DNA of 32,000 nucleotides from Pseudomonas aeruginosa (lineage in GTDB: Bacteria > Pseudomonadota > Gammaproteobacteria > Pseudomonadales > Pseudomonadaceae). The stretch is taken from NCBI RefSeq assembly GCF_001457615.1, contig NZ_LN831024.1, positions 5,940,001 through 5,972,000 on the forward strand. Direction: 5' to 3'. A model generated the notes under the pieces. It was given only the letters and a program-made list of their open reading frames with translations. It was not told where the DNA came from and did not search any database. Within the stretch, counting starts at the first letter, position 1, and every line of letters begins with the position of its first letter. Below, in pieces: positions 1 to 9,554 of this stretch. The position numbers and the translations under genes were made by a program.

Positions 1-539
1 TTGCGCGACAGCGGGTCGACGCCGGTGGTCGGCTCGTCGAGGATCAGCAGGTCGGGATCGTGGATCAGCGCGCAGCACAGCCCGAGCTTCTGCTTCATGC
101 CGCCGGACAGCTTGCCCGCAGGACGCTCGGCGAACGGCGCCAATCCGGTGCTTTGCAGCAGATCGGCGATGCGCCGCTCGCGCTCGGCCTTGTCGTGGCC
201 GAACAGCCGACCGAAGAAGTCGACGTTCTCGAACACCGAGAGCGTCGGGTAGAGGTTCTTGCCCAGCCCCTGGGGCATGTAGGCGATGCGCGGGCAGACC
301 GCCCGGCGGTGGCGGCGGTCGCGCATGTCGCCATCGAGCACGCGGATCTCGCCATCCTGCATCTTCCGTGCGCCGGCCAGCAGCGCCAGCAGGCTGGACT
401 TGCCGACCCCGTCCGGACCGATCAGGCCGACCATGCGGTTGGCCGGGATCTCCAGGCTGACGTCGTCCACCGCGCGCGTCTCGCCGTAGCGCAGCGAAAC
501 GCCCCGGAGGCTCGCCACGCCGCTCCCGCCAGCGGTCAT
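1..539 (-). CDS. ABC transporter ATP-binding protein, N-terminal part only (3' end lies beyond window start)
   Basis: Manual reverse translation from ATG at 539..537 gives [56 protein letters not shown]... It has Walker [12 protein letters not shown] signature LSGGMKQK and Walker B LLILDEP. It is absent from the ORF track because there is no stop in the window. Its start overlaps the upstream HlyD stop (ATGA, 536..539). Confidence 0.9.
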   Translation of the reverse strand, partial: MTAGGSGVASLRGVSLRYGETRAVDDVSLEIPANRMVGLIGPDGVGKSSLLALLAGARKMQDGEIRVLDGDMRDRRHRRAVCPRIAYMPQGLGKNLYPTLSVFENVDFFGRLFGHDKAERERRIADLLQSTGLAPFAERPAGKLSGGMKQKLGLCCALIHDPDLLILDEPTTGVDPLSR

Positions 540-1609
540 TGCGGAACCTTGATCTGCAGGTTGGCCGGCCACTCGACCTCAGGGTCCAGTCGCAGGTAGG
601 CCATTCCGGGCACGCCGGTCTTGACGTAGGTGATGTATTTTTCCAGCAGCGCCGGATCGAGCCGCGCCTTGACCCGGAACATCAGCTTCTCCCGCTCGTT
701 GGCGGTTTCCACCGTTTTCGGGGTGAACTGGGCGACGCTGGCGACATAGGAAACCTTGGCCGGGATCACGTAGTCCGGCACCGCGTCGATCACCAAGCGC
801 ACTTCCTGGCCCAGTCCGACCCTACCGGCCTGCATGGATGGCAGGAAGAAAGTCATGTAGACGTCGGCCAGGTCGACCATGTTGAGGAGCTTGCCACCGG
901 CCGGCAGCACTTCCCCCGGCTGTGCCACGCGGTACTGCACGCGGCCGTTGCGCGGCGCCTTGAGCAGGCTGTCGTCGATATCCGCCTGGAGCCGGGCGAC
1001 GCTGGCCTTGGCCGCCTCGATGGCCGACTGCGCCTCGATTACCTGGGAACGCCCGGCCTCGATCGCCGCCTGCGCCGAAATCACTTGCGAGCGTGCCGCG
1101 GACAACGCCGCCTGGGCGCTCTGCAGGGTCGCCCGATCGTCATCGAGTTGCTGTTGCGGCAGGGCATTGCGCTTGACCAGCGCCTCGGTACGGGTGAAGC
1201 GCTTCTGCGCCGCTGTCAGCTCGGCCTGGCGCTGCGCCACCACGGCCTGGGCAGTGCTCTTCTCGCTCTCGCGCTGGGCCACCAGCGAGGTCGCGGTGAG
1301 CTTGGCGTTCTCCGCCTGGCGCACCTGGGCCTGGGCCTGGGCCAACTGCGCCTCGAGCACCTGGGTATCCATCCGCGCGACGATTTCGCCGGCCTTGACG
1401 AAGTCGCCCTCGTCGACCTTGATCTCGGCGACCCGCCCGGGAAGCTTGGCCGCCACGTCCACCTCGGTGGCCTCGATGCGTCCGTTGCCGCTGGCGAATC
1501 CCTCGCCCAGGCCAGTCGGTCGCGATACCTGCCAGACCAGCACGCCTACGCCGAGCAGCGCCGCCACGATCAAGGCACGGCTCAGCCACCGTTTGCTTTC
1601 CTGTTTCAT
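536..1609 (-). CDS. HlyD-family membrane fusion/secretion protein (YhiI/YbhG-like)
   Basis: Track ORF 536..1684(-). The chosen start is the ATG at 1609 (MKQESKRW...), preceded by GAGGAGAAGGG. The protein has an N-terminal TM helix, long Q/A-rich coiled-coil repeats and a C-terminal beta-barrel region, as is typical of the HlyD family. A 4-nt ATGA overlap links it to the downstream ABC gene. Confidence 0.9.
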   Translation of the reverse strand: MKQESKRWLSRALIVAALLGVGVLVWQVSRPTGLGEGFASGNGRIEATEVDVAAKLPGRVAEIKVDEGDFVKAGEIVARMDTQVLEAQLAQAQAQVRQAENAKLTATSLVAQRESEKSTAQAVVAQRQAELTAAQKRFTRTEALVKRNALPQQQLDDDRATLQSAQAALSAARSQVISAQAAIEAGRSQVIEAQSAIEAAKASVARLQADIDDSLLKAPRNGRVQYRVAQPGEVLPAGGKLLNMVDLADVYMTFFLPSMQAGRVGLGQEVRLVIDAVPDYVIPAKVSYVASVAQFTPKTVETANEREKLMFRVKARLDPALLEKYITYVKTGVPGMAYLRLDPEVEWPANLQIKVPQ

Positions 1610-1815
1610 CCCTTCTCCTCGCACGTCCGGCCAGGCCGCGGCGATGGCGCTCACGCTGGAAAGCGCGGCCGCCGCGGACTTCACTGGCTCGATTGTCCCT
1701 CCAGGGCGGCGCGCGGGTGTTGATGCACGTCAGACGCGCCCGACCGAATCTCACAGGAAAGCAGAATCGCCGGTGCCTCGCATCCGGGAGCGCGGGACAG
1801 AACGGATAGTTGACC

Positions 1816-2235
1816 TCAGGGCTGGACGATGAGGTTGTTGAACAGCAGGTCGGTCACCAGCGGCTTGCCCTCTTCCTGCTCGAGGGTCTGCTGGACCTGC
1901 TTCAGCGCCTCCTGGCGCAGGCTTTCCTTGGCCTCGACCGTACCCAGGCTCTGGTCGGTCTGCTGGGCGAACAGCATGATCAACTGGTTGCGGATCAAGG
2001 GCTCGTGATGCTCGACCTTGGTCGCCGCGTCCTTGTCGGCCACCTGCAGGGCGATGTCGGCCTTGTAGTACTGCAGGCGCGGCCCGCTGCCGTAGTTGCC
2101 GACCAGCGCCGGGGTCAGGTCGACGTAGACCGGCTTGTTCGCGCCCTCGCCTTCCGGCGCGGCCTCCTCGGCCGAGGCGAACGACGGGAACAGACTCAGG
2201 CACAGGGCCAGCGACAGGGCAATGGGGGTTCTCAC
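1816..2235 (-). CDS. FliL-family (flagellar basal-body-associated-like) protein with predicted signal peptide
   Basis: Track ORF 1816..2292(-). The C-terminal ~110 aa (PVYVDLTPALVGNY...LIRNQLIMLF...LLFNNLIVQP) align by eye with FliL. I prefer the GTG at 2235, which has GAGGAG 8 nt upstream, giving VRTPIALSLALCLSLFPSFASA|EE. The ATG at 2268 is an alternative start. Confidence 0.75.
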   Translation of the reverse strand: MRTPIALSLALCLSLFPSFASAEEAAPEGEGANKPVYVDLTPALVGNYGSGPRLQYYKADIALQVADKDAATKVEHHEPLIRNQLIMLFAQQTDQSLGTVEAKESLRQEALKQVQQTLEQEEGKPLVTDLLFNNLIVQP

Positions 2236-2389
2236 GGGCGCATCTCCTCGACGAATGCCGGCAAGCATAGCCAGACTCTCGGCCGGGCCCAAGCCCGGGG
2301 TTTATGGACAACCATCAGTTGCGGCGATGCTGATTGACCCCCGGCGTCTCCCTCCTACACTGGCCGGACCGCAAACTGGAGCGTCCCCG

Positions 2390-3367
2390 ATGAAAGCCGT
2401 CCTCTGCAAAGCCTTCGGCCCGGCCAGCAGCCTGGTCCTGGAAGAAATCGCCAGCCCGAGCCCGGCGAAGAACGAAATCCTCCTCGATGTGCACGCCGCC
2501 GGGGTCAACTTCCCAGACACCCTGATCATCGAGGGCAAGTACCAGTTCAAGCCACCCTTCCCCTTCTCCCCGGGCGGCGAGGCGGCCGGGGTGGTCGCCG
2601 CGGTCGGTGAAAAGGTCGCCCACGTCAGGCCCGGCGACCGGGTCATGGCCCTGACCGGCTGGGGCAGCTTCGCCGAGCAGGTCAAGGTGCCCGGCTATAA
2701 CGTGATGCCGATTCCCGAAGGCATGGACTTCGCCAGCGCCGCCGCCTTCGGCATGACCTACGGCACCTCGATGCACGCCCTGAAACAGCGCGCCAACCTG
2801 CAACCCGGCGAGACCCTGCTGGTGCTCGGCGCTTCCGGCGGGGTCGGGCTGGCTGCCGTGGAAATCGGCAAGGCCATGGGCGCGCGGGTGATCGCTGCCG
2901 CCAGTACCCCCGACAAGCTCGCCGTGGCCAAGGCCGCCGGCGCCGACGAACTGATCAACTACAGCGAAGGTAGCCTGCGCGAGCAGCTCAAGGCCTTGAC
3001 CGGCGGCCAGGGCGTCGATGTGATCTACGATCCGGTGGGCGGCGAACTGTTCGAGGAGGCCTTCCGCAGCATCGCCTGGAACGGACGGATGCTGGTGGTC
3101 GGCTTCGCCAGCGGCAGCATCCCTTCGCTGCCGGCCAACCTGACCCTGCTCAAGGGCGCCTCGCTGGTCGGCGTGTTCTGGGGATCGTTCGCCCAACGCC
3201 AGCCGCAGGACAACGCTGACAACTTCCGCCAGCTGTTCGCCTGGCACGCCGAAGGCAAACTGAAGCCGCTGGTGTCGCAGCGCTTCCCGCTGGAACGGGC
3301 CGGCGACGCTATCGACGCCCTCGGCCAGCGCAGGGCGGTCGGCAAGGTGGTGGTGGAGGTTCGCTGA
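2390..3367 (+). CDS. NADPH:quinone oxidoreductase / zinc-type alcohol dehydrogenase superfamily (MDR) protein
   Basis: Track ORF 2135..3367(+). The real start is the ATG at 2390 (MKAVLCKAFGP...), with GGAG upstream. It has the GroES-like N-terminal domain, the nucleotide-binding motif LVLGASGGVGLAAV and a typical Qor-like C-terminus (GKVVVEV). Confidence 0.9.
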   Translation: MKAVLCKAFGPASSLVLEEIASPSPAKNEILLDVHAAGVNFPDTLIIEGKYQFKPPFPFSPGGEAAGVVAAVGEKVAHVRPGDRVMALTGWGSFAEQVKVPGYNVMPIPEGMDFASAAAFGMTYGTSMHALKQRANLQPGETLLVLGASGGVGLAAVEIGKAMGARVIAAASTPDKLAVAKAAGADELINYSEGSLREQLKALTGGQGVDVIYDPVGGELFEEAFRSIAWNGRMLVVGFASGSIPSLPANLTLLKGASLVGVFWGSFAQRQPQDNADNFRQLFAWHAEGKLKPLVSQRFPLERAGDAIDALGQRRAVGKVVVEVR

Positions 3368-3474
3368 GCCACGAAGGCGGCGAGTATTGCCTCCCGCCCG
3401 TGCGGAGAAAGGCATGGCGGGCCGGAGCGATACACCGGCCGAGGCCCACGCTGTCAGATGTTTTTCCCCTATGA

Positions 3475-3507
3475 AGGCCCCGGTTTCCGACCGGGGCTTT
3501 CTTATTT
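3475..3507 (+). terminator. Rho-independent terminator after the oxidoreductase gene
   Basis: GC stem GCCCCGGT(3477-3484)/ACCGGGGC(3490-3497) is followed by TTTCTTATTT. Confidence 0.7.
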
Positions 3508-3527
3508 CCGACCAATGCACTCAACCT

Positions 3528-3578
3528 GTAACATTTTCGCTATTTTTTCATTTACGAAAAATGTAGTGTTCGCAACCG
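3528..3578 (+). promoter_or_regulatory. AT-rich glpT control region with imperfect inverted repeat and TGTTCG motif (candidate GlpR-type operator/promoter)
   Basis: ACATTTTCG (3531-3539) pairs with CGAAAAATGT (3555-3564) as an imperfect inverted repeat. GTGTTCGCAA at 3566-3575 resembles the TGTTCG core of enteric GlpR operators. The region lies 40-90 nt upstream of the glpT ATG and is the most AT-rich stretch in this part of the window. Confidence 0.35.
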
Positions 3579-3616
3579 CGTAAAAAGGCGCGACACAACA
3601 ACAAGCGGAGCTCGCG

Positions 3617-4966
3617 ATGTTCGGAATCTTTCGTCCCGCGCCACACCAGGCGCCACTGCCCGATGCCGAGGTGGACAGCACCTACCGGCGCCTGCGCTGG
3701 CAGATCTTCGCCGGTATCTTCATCGGCTACGCGGGTTACTACCTGCTGCGCAAGAACTTCTCCCTGGCCATGCCCTACCTCATCGAGGACGGCTACAGCC
3801 GCGGTCAACTGGGCGTCGCGATGTCGGCCATCGCCATCGCCTACGGCCTGTCGAAATTCATCATGGGCCTGGTCTCGGATCGTTCCAACCCACGGGTCTT
3901 CCTGCCGTTCGGCCTGTTGGTGTCGGCGGCGGTGATGTTCATTTTCGGATTCGCGCACTGGGCTACCTCCAGCGTCGCCATCATGTTCGTCCTGCTCTTC
4001 ATCAACGGCTGGGCCCAGGGCATGGGCTGGCCGCCGAGCGGACGGACCATGGTCCACTGGTGGTCGCAGAAGGAGCGCGGCAGCGTGGTCTCGGTGTGGA
4101 ACGTCGCCCACAACGTCGGCGGCGGCCTGATCGGCCCGCTGTTCCTGCTCGGCCTGGCGCTGTTCGGCGACTGGCGCTCGGCCTTCTACGTGCCGGCCAT
4201 CGTCGCCGTGGGCGTAGCCGTATTCGCCTATTTCGCCATGCGCGACACCCCGCAATCCTGCGGCCTGCCGCCGATCGAGAAGCACAAGGACGACTACCCC
4301 GAAGGCTACGACGAACACCACGAGCGCGAGCTGTCGACCAAGGAGATCTTCGTCACCTACGTGCTGCGCAACAAGCTGCTCTGGTACATCGCCCTGGCCA
4401 ACGTGTTCGTCTACCTGCTGCGCTACGGTGTGCTCGACTGGGCGCCGACCTACCTCAAGGAGGCCAAGCACTTCAACGTCGACAAGTCGTCCTGGGCGTA
4501 CTTCTTCTACGAATGGGCGGGGATTCCCGGTACCCTGCTCTGCGGCTGGCTGTCGGACAAGCTGTTCAAGGGCAATCGCGGCGCCACCGGCGTGGTGTTC
4601 ATGATCCTGGTGACCGTCGGCACCCTGATCTACTGGCTGAACCCGGCCGGCAACCCGGCGATCGACATGGCCGCGCTGATCATGATCGGCTTCCTGATCT
4701 ACGGCCCGGTGATGCTGATCGGCTTGCAGGCCCTGGAGCTCGCGCCGAAGAAAGCGGCCGGCACCGCCGCCGGCTTCACCGGTCTGTTCGGCTACCTCGG
4801 CGGTTCGGTGGCGGCCAACGCCCTGGTCGGCTACACGGTGGACCACTTCGGCTGGGACGGTGGCTTCAAGCTGCTGATCGGCGCCTGCCTGCTGGCCATC
4901 CTGTTCCTCTGCCTGACCCTGCGCAAACCCGCGGTCCAGGCCGCGCCGCAGCAAGCCGGCGGATGA
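3617..4966 (+). CDS. glpT: sn-glycerol-3-phosphate:phosphate antiporter GlpT (MFS)
   Basis: The 449-codon ORF is nearly colinear with E. coli GlpT ([31 protein letters not shown]...[19 protein letters not shown]). It has 12 TM-type hydrophobic segments and an RBS GCGGAG 7 nt upstream. Confidence 0.97.
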   Translation: MFGIFRPAPHQAPLPDAEVDSTYRRLRWQIFAGIFIGYAGYYLLRKNFSLAMPYLIEDGYSRGQLGVAMSAIAIAYGLSKFIMGLVSDRSNPRVFLPFGLLVSAAVMFIFGFAHWATSSVAIMFVLLFINGWAQGMGWPPSGRTMVHWWSQKERGSVVSVWNVAHNVGGGLIGPLFLLGLALFGDWRSAFYVPAIVAVGVAVFAYFAMRDTPQSCGLPPIEKHKDDYPEGYDEHHERELSTKEIFVTYVLRNKLLWYIALANVFVYLLRYGVLDWAPTYLKEAKHFNVDKSSWAYFFYEWAGIPGTLLCGWLSDKLFKGNRGATGVVFMILVTVGTLIYWLNPAGNPAIDMAALIMIGFLIYGPVMLIGLQALELAPKKAAGTAAGFTGLFGYLGGSVAANALVGYTVDHFGWDGGFKLLIGACLLAILFLCLTLRKPAVQAAPQQAGG

Positions 4967-4969
4967 CGC

Positions 4970-4996
4970 GGCGGCTCCGGCGCCAGGCCGGAGCCG
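4970..4996. terminator. 10-bp GC hairpin between convergent glpT and reductase genes (candidate bidirectional terminator)
   Basis: GCGGCTCCGG (4970-4979) and CCGGAGCCGC (4987-4996) form a perfect stem with a 7-nt loop. It sits between the glpT stop (4966) and the reductase stop (5000). There is no strong U-tract on either side. Confidence 0.5.
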
Positions 4997-4999
4997 CGT

Positions 5000-5968
5000 T
5001 CAGTCCCGCGGCGCGTAGGCGAACACGTCGGCGCGCATCTGGTGCGCGTCCATCCCTGCTTCGACCAGGGCATCCAGGGTCGCGTAGACCATCGCCGGCG
5101 AGCCGCTGGCATACACATGCAGGCTCGACAGGTCGGCGAAATCCTCGCGCACCGCCTCGTGCAGCAAGCCGCAACGCCCCTCCCAGCCACAGAGGTCGCT
5201 GACCACCCGGTGCAGGAACAGGTTCGGCAGGCCTTCCCACTCCGTCCAGTGCGGCAGACGGTAGAAATCCTCCGGACGCCGAACGCCCCAGTAGAGATGT
5301 ACAGGATGGGCGAAGCCGGCGGCGCGGCAGTGCTCGATCAGGCTGTGCATCTGCGACATGCCGGTTCCCGCGGCGATCAGCACCAGCGGACCGTCGGGCA
5401 GTTCCGCCAGGTGCGCGTCGCCGAACGGCAGCTGGATCCGTGCCAGGCGCTCGCGCTGCAATTGCGCGATCAGCGCGACGGCACTGTCTTCCTTGGCCAG
5501 GATGTGCAACTCAAGGTCGCGTCCCGCATGCGGCGCGGAGGCCAGGGAAAACGCCGCGCTGTCGCCGCCGTCACGCTCCAGCAACAGGTACTGCCCGGCG
5601 TGATAGCGTGGCGGCTTGCCGGCCGGCGCGCGCAGGCCGACCCGGTAGACGTCGCCGCCGACCTCTTCGCAGAAGCTCAACTGGCAGGTCAGCTTGCGCA
5701 GAGGCAGTTCACCCGGCGCCAGCACCCCGTCCCAATGCAGCACGCAGTCTTCCAGCGGCTCAGCGAGGCAGGTGAAGAGTTCGCCATGATCGCGTACCTC
5801 GCCGTTCTGGCGTACCCGCCCCTCCACCAGCAGCGCCGCGCAGATATGGCAGTTGCCATTGCGGCAGCTCTGCGGACAGTCGTAGCCAAGCCGCCGGGCG
5901 CCATCGAGGATGCGTTCCCCCGGCAGCAGCTCGAGGCAGGCGCCGGACGGTTGCAGGACGATACGCAT
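5000..5968 (-). CDS. [2Fe-2S] ferredoxin-fused FNR-family flavin reductase (Fre / CDP-6-deoxy-delta-3,4-glucoseen reductase-like)
   Basis: Track ORF 5000..6070(-). The real start is the ATG at 5968 (MRIVLQPSG...). The N-terminus carries a plant-type ferredoxin cysteine cluster (CRNGNCHIC...FTC). This is followed by the FAD-binding-type motif RYHAGQY and the NAD(P)-binding motif LIAAGTGMSQM. Its start overlaps the ubiD stop by 1 nt (TGATG). Confidence 0.85.
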   Translation of the reverse strand: MRIVLQPSGACLELLPGERILDGARRLGYDCPQSCRNGNCHICAALLVEGRVRQNGEVRDHGELFTCLAEPLEDCVLHWDGVLAPGELPLRKLTCQLSFCEEVGGDVYRVGLRAPAGKPPRYHAGQYLLLERDGGDSAAFSLASAPHAGRDLELHILAKEDSAVALIAQLQRERLARIQLPFGDAHLAELPDGPLVLIAAGTGMSQMHSLIEHCRAAGFAHPVHLYWGVRRPEDFYRLPHWTEWEGLPNLFLHRVVSDLCGWEGRCGLLHEAVREDFADLSSLHVYASGSPAMVYATLDALVEAGMDAHQMRADVFAYAPRD

Positions 5969-7434
5969 CAGTCGATCCCGAGGCTCGACCAGAGCGCGTC
6001 GATGCGCCGTGTTACCGCTTCGTCCTTGACGATGGCGCGCCCCCATTCGCGGCTGGTCTCGCCCGGCCACTTGTGGGTGGCATCAAGCCCCATCTTCGAG
6101 CCGAGGCCGGAGACCGGCGAGGCGAAGTCGAGGTAGTCGATGGGCGTGTTGTCGATCATCACCGTGTCGCGCTTGGGGTCCATCCGCGTGGTGATGGCCC
6201 AGATCACATCGTTCCAGTCGCGCGCATCGATGTCATCGTCGGTGACGATGACGAACTTGGTGTACATGAACTGCCGCAGGAACGACCAGACCCCGAGCAT
6301 CACGCGCTTGGCGTGCCCTGGGTACTGCTTCTTCATGGTCACCACCGCCATCCGGTAGGAACAACCTTCCGGCGGCAGGTAGAAATCGACGATTTCCGGG
6401 AACTGCTTCTGCAGGATCGGCACGAACACTTCGTTCAGCGCCACCCCGAGGATCGCCGGCTCGTCCGGCGGACGCCCGGTGTAGGTGCTGTGGTAGATCG
6501 GTTTCTGCCGGCGGGTGACGCGCTCGACGGTGAACACCGGGAAGCGATCGACCTCGTTGTAGTAGCCGGTGTGATCGCCATAGGGACCTTCGTCGGCCAT
6601 CTCGCCGGGGTGGATCACCCCTTCGAGGACGATCTCGGCGCTGGCCGGCACCTGCAAGTCGCTCCCGCGACACTTGACCAGCTCGGTACGATGCCCGCGC
6701 AACAGGCCGGCGAAAGCGTATTCGGAAAGGGTGTCCGGCACCGGCGTCACCGCACCGAGGATGGTCGCCGGATCGGCGCCCAGCGCCACGGCTACCGGAT
6801 AGGGCTGGCCCGGATGCTTCTGGCACCACTCGCGGTAGTCCAGTGCGCCGCCGCGATGGCTGAGCCAGCGCATGATCACCTTGTTGCGGCCGATCACCTG
6901 CTGGCGGTAGATGCCCAGGTTCTGCCGTTCCTTGTTCGGCCCGCGGGTAACGGTCAGGCCCCAGGTGATCAGCGGCCCGACATCGCCCGGCCAGCAGGTC
7001 TGGACCGGCAGCCGGCCGAGGTCGACGTCCTCGCCCTCCTCGACCACTTCCTGGCAGGGGGCGTCCTTGAGCACCTTCGGCGCCATGGACAAGACCTTCC
7101 TGTACATCGGCAGCTTGGCCCAGGCGTCCTTGAGGCCCTTCGGCGGCTCGGGCTCCTTGAGTTGCGCCAGCAGCTTGCCGATCTCGCGCAGTGCGCCGAC
7201 GTCCTCGGCGCCCATGCCCAGCGCCACGCGCTCCGGCGTACCGAACAGGTTGCCGAGCACCGGCATGTCGAAGCCGGTCGGCTTTTCGAACAGCAATGCC
7301 GGGCCCTTGGCGCGCAACGTGCGGTCGCACACCTCGGTCATCTCGAGCACGGGGGAAATCGGCACCTGGATGCGCTTCAACGCACCGCGCTGCTCCAGCT
7401 GGGCGATGAAATCGCGGAGATCCTTGAACGTCAT
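5968..7434 (-). CDS. ubiD: 4-hydroxy-3-polyprenylbenzoate decarboxylase UbiD
   Basis: The product is colinear with E. coli UbiD over its full length ([17 protein letters not shown]...[25 protein letters not shown]...[17 protein letters not shown]). I chose the ATG at 7434 (MTFKDLRDF), giving 488 aa. The track start at 7446 adds 4 aa. Confidence 0.97.
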   Translation of the reverse strand: MTFKDLRDFIAQLEQRGALKRIQVPISPVLEMTEVCDRTLRAKGPALLFEKPTGFDMPVLGNLFGTPERVALGMGAEDVGALREIGKLLAQLKEPEPPKGLKDAWAKLPMYRKVLSMAPKVLKDAPCQEVVEEGEDVDLGRLPVQTCWPGDVGPLITWGLTVTRGPNKERQNLGIYRQQVIGRNKVIMRWLSHRGGALDYREWCQKHPGQPYPVAVALGADPATILGAVTPVPDTLSEYAFAGLLRGHRTELVKCRGSDLQVPASAEIVLEGVIHPGEMADEGPYGDHTGYYNEVDRFPVFTVERVTRRQKPIYHSTYTGRPPDEPAILGVALNEVFVPILQKQFPEIVDFYLPPEGCSYRMAVVTMKKQYPGHAKRVMLGVWSFLRQFMYTKFVIVTDDDIDARDWNDVIWAITTRMDPKRDTVMIDNTPIDYLDFASPVSGLGSKMGLDATHKWPGETSREWGRAIVKDEAVTRRIDALWSSLGID

Positions 7435-7512
7435 TGGCCTAACCATTCACTGCAAGACCCCACATCCTACCTGCTCCCGGCCCATCCGGCAGCAGGCAAA
7501 CGCGGCATTCGG

Positions 7513-9501
7513 TCACTGCTGGCTGGCGATCCTCGAGTCGTCGAGGCTCTGTAGCATCGGCTCGAACAAAGGCCCGAGTTCATGGGCCCCCTGGGTCGAA
7601 AGGTGGTTGTTATCCATGTACAGCGACCAGCCATCACGTTCGGCGAAACAATCCAGGCCATCGCAGAGCACGCTGGAGGGGTCGAGCACGCTCACCCGCG
7701 GGTTGCCTTCGGCCAACGCATCGAACAGCGCATTCACGTAGGCGACGCGCGCAGCGTGCTCAGCGAAGGGAAAACGTGCGCGCCCGACATCCTCCCCGCT
7801 CAGACTCAGCCGCACCAGCCGCGCCGGTGCCTTGAATGGCAGCAGCGGTACGTCCTTGACCAGCCAGACATGTACGTCGGCCGCGTTCAGCCTTTCGATC
7901 ATCCCGCTCAGGCGTTGCCGCAGCAGCGCCTCGGCGATCGAGCTGTCCGGCGTGTCGTCCGGCTCGCGGAGAATGTTGCGGGTACCGTCCTGCGAGTCGC
8001 CGTATATATACATGTCCCAGCGCCCGGCGAGGATCACCCCGCCCGGCCGCTGCTGTTCGACGAACTCGAGCATCTGCTGGTTGAAACGCAGGCAAGTGTC
8101 CTTTTCCAACATCCCCAGCAACGGCGGACAGCCCGCCAGCGAAGCCTGCCAGATCGGCAGTCGGCGACTGGTAGCCTGTTCGCGCAGCAGCGGGCTCAAC
8201 GCCGCGGAATGGCTGTCGCCCCAACTGACCAGCAGCGGTCGTTCGGCAGCCAGTTCCGCCGGGAAGCGGCAGATGCTTTCCTGACTGAGCGCCTTCTTGT
8301 CGAACATGCAGTCGGTCTGCCCATCGCGCCATTTGGACGCCTTGGCATAACGCAAGGCTTCCTCGGAAAGACGCGACGGCACGCCGTCGTAATGCCGCAC
8401 CAACTGGCCAACGACTCCCAGCAGCAGCAAGCTGCACAGCGCCGCGCCAAGCATCTGCCGGCGCCCGGCGAACAGCTTGCGCTCGCGGAACGGTGCCTCG
8501 ACGCAGTACAGCGACAGTGCCGCCAGGCCGATGCTCGCCGCCAGCAACCCCAGGCGTGCCGGCAGGCCCAGGGTTTCCAGTGCGTGGTACTGGACGAAGA
8601 CGTACAGCGGCCAGTGCCAGAGGTACAGCGAATAGGAGATCAGACCGAACCAGACCAGCGGTTGCCAGCCCAGCAGGCGGCGAGCCCAGGTGTCGCCGGC
8701 GCCGTTGGCCCAGATCAGCAGGGCGGTGCCAAGCACCGCCGGCAGCGCCGCGAGGCCGGGGAAAGGAGTGTCGCTGTCGTAGAAGAACACCGGCAGGAGA
8801 ATCGCCGCTATGCCGAGGGTGGCCGCCAGTTGCAGGGACCATTGCGAATGACCGCGGCTAGCGCCCGGCAGCAACGCCAGCGCGGCACCCGCCAGGAGTT
8901 CCCAGGCGCGCATCGGCAGGAGGAAGAATGCACTGCCAGGTCGCTGGCTCACCGCCCAGACGCTGGCCGCCAGCGATAGCGCCAGGACCGCGAGGAGGAT
9001 GGCGAGCCGCCAGCGCAGCAGGCGCCCGGAGATCGCGGCCAGCAGTAGCGGGAAGAGAATGTAGAACTGCTCTTCCACCGACAACGACCAGGTATGCAAT
9101 AGCGGCTTGAATTCGGACGCGGCGTCGAAATAGCCATCCTGCTTCCAGAACAGGATGTTCGAGGCGAACATCGTCTGGTAACGCACCGCACGACCCAGTT
9201 GCTCGTAGTCCCGCGGCTCCATCAGGAACCAGCCGGCCGCCAGGCTGACGGCCATCATAACGAACAAAGCGGGGAGGATGCGTCGCGCCCGGCGAGCCCA
9301 GAAATCGACGAAGCTGAAACGCCCGGCCTGCCGATCGCGCCGGATGATCGAAGTGATCAGGTAGCCGGAAATCACCAGAAAGACATCGACGCCGACATAC
9401 CCGCCGGTGAAACCGCCCAAGCCCAAGTGATAGAACACCACCGGCAAGATGGCCAGTGCGCGCAATCCATCGATATCTCTTCGATAAGGCAGGCTCGACA
9501 T
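7513..9501 (-). CDS. Acyltransferase-3 (AT3) membrane domain fused to SGNH hydrolase-type domain (OafA/YrhL-like glycan O-acetyltransferase)
   Basis: The 662-aa ORF starts with the AT3 motif RRDIDGLRALAILPVVFYH, followed by about 10 hydrophobic segments. The C-terminal soluble domain carries the SGNH block I motif VSWGDSHSAAL. An RBS GGAGA lies 7 nt upstream of the ATG at 9501. Confidence 0.9.
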   Translation of the reverse strand: MSSLPYRRDIDGLRALAILPVVFYHLGLGGFTGGYVGVDVFLVISGYLITSIIRRDRQAGRFSFVDFWARRARRILPALFVMMAVSLAAGWFLMEPRDYEQLGRAVRYQTMFASNILFWKQDGYFDAASEFKPLLHTWSLSVEEQFYILFPLLLAAISGRLLRWRLAILLAVLALSLAASVWAVSQRPGSAFFLLPMRAWELLAGAALALLPGASRGHSQWSLQLAATLGIAAILLPVFFYDSDTPFPGLAALPAVLGTALLIWANGAGDTWARRLLGWQPLVWFGLISYSLYLWHWPLYVFVQYHALETLGLPARLGLLAASIGLAALSLYCVEAPFRERKLFAGRRQMLGAALCSLLLLGVVGQLVRHYDGVPSRLSEEALRYAKASKWRDGQTDCMFDKKALSQESICRFPAELAAERPLLVSWGDSHSAALSPLLREQATSRRLPIWQASLAGCPPLLGMLEKDTCLRFNQQMLEFVEQQRPGGVILAGRWDMYIYGDSQDGTRNILREPDDTPDSSIAEALLRQRLSGMIERLNAADVHVWLVKDVPLLPFKAPARLVRLSLSGEDVGRARFPFAEHAARVAYVNALFDALAEGNPRVSVLDPSSVLCDGLDCFAERDGWSLYMDNNHLSTQGAHELGPLFEPMLQSLDDSRIASQQ

Positions 9502-9519
9502 CTATTTTTCTCCAGGCAT

Positions 9520-9554
9520 GAAAAAAGGCGCTCCGGTCAAACCGGAGCGCCTTC
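9520..9554 (-). terminator. Rho-independent terminator immediately downstream of rho
   Basis: On the minus strand, AAGGCGCTCCGG-TTTGA-CCGGAGCGCCTT forms a perfect 12-bp stem followed by TTTTT. It begins about 20 nt after the rho stop. Confidence 0.85.

Noticed and set aside
539-1832. + strand ORFs 539-1723 (394 aa) and 879-1832 (317 aa), and minus-strand ORF 1140-1754, over the HlyD gene.
   Set aside because: They are antisense or alternate-frame shadows. The HlyD frame has a TM helix, coiled coil, RBS and translational coupling to the ABC gene. The others are Arg/Gly/His-rich with no motifs.
3548-5202. Long ORFs 3548-4954(-), 4060-5202(+) and 3663-3935(+), overlapping glpT.
   Set aside because: glpT homology on the + strand frame 3617-4966 is unambiguous. 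The others are Arg/Pro/Gly/His-rich alternate or antisense frames with no family resemblance.
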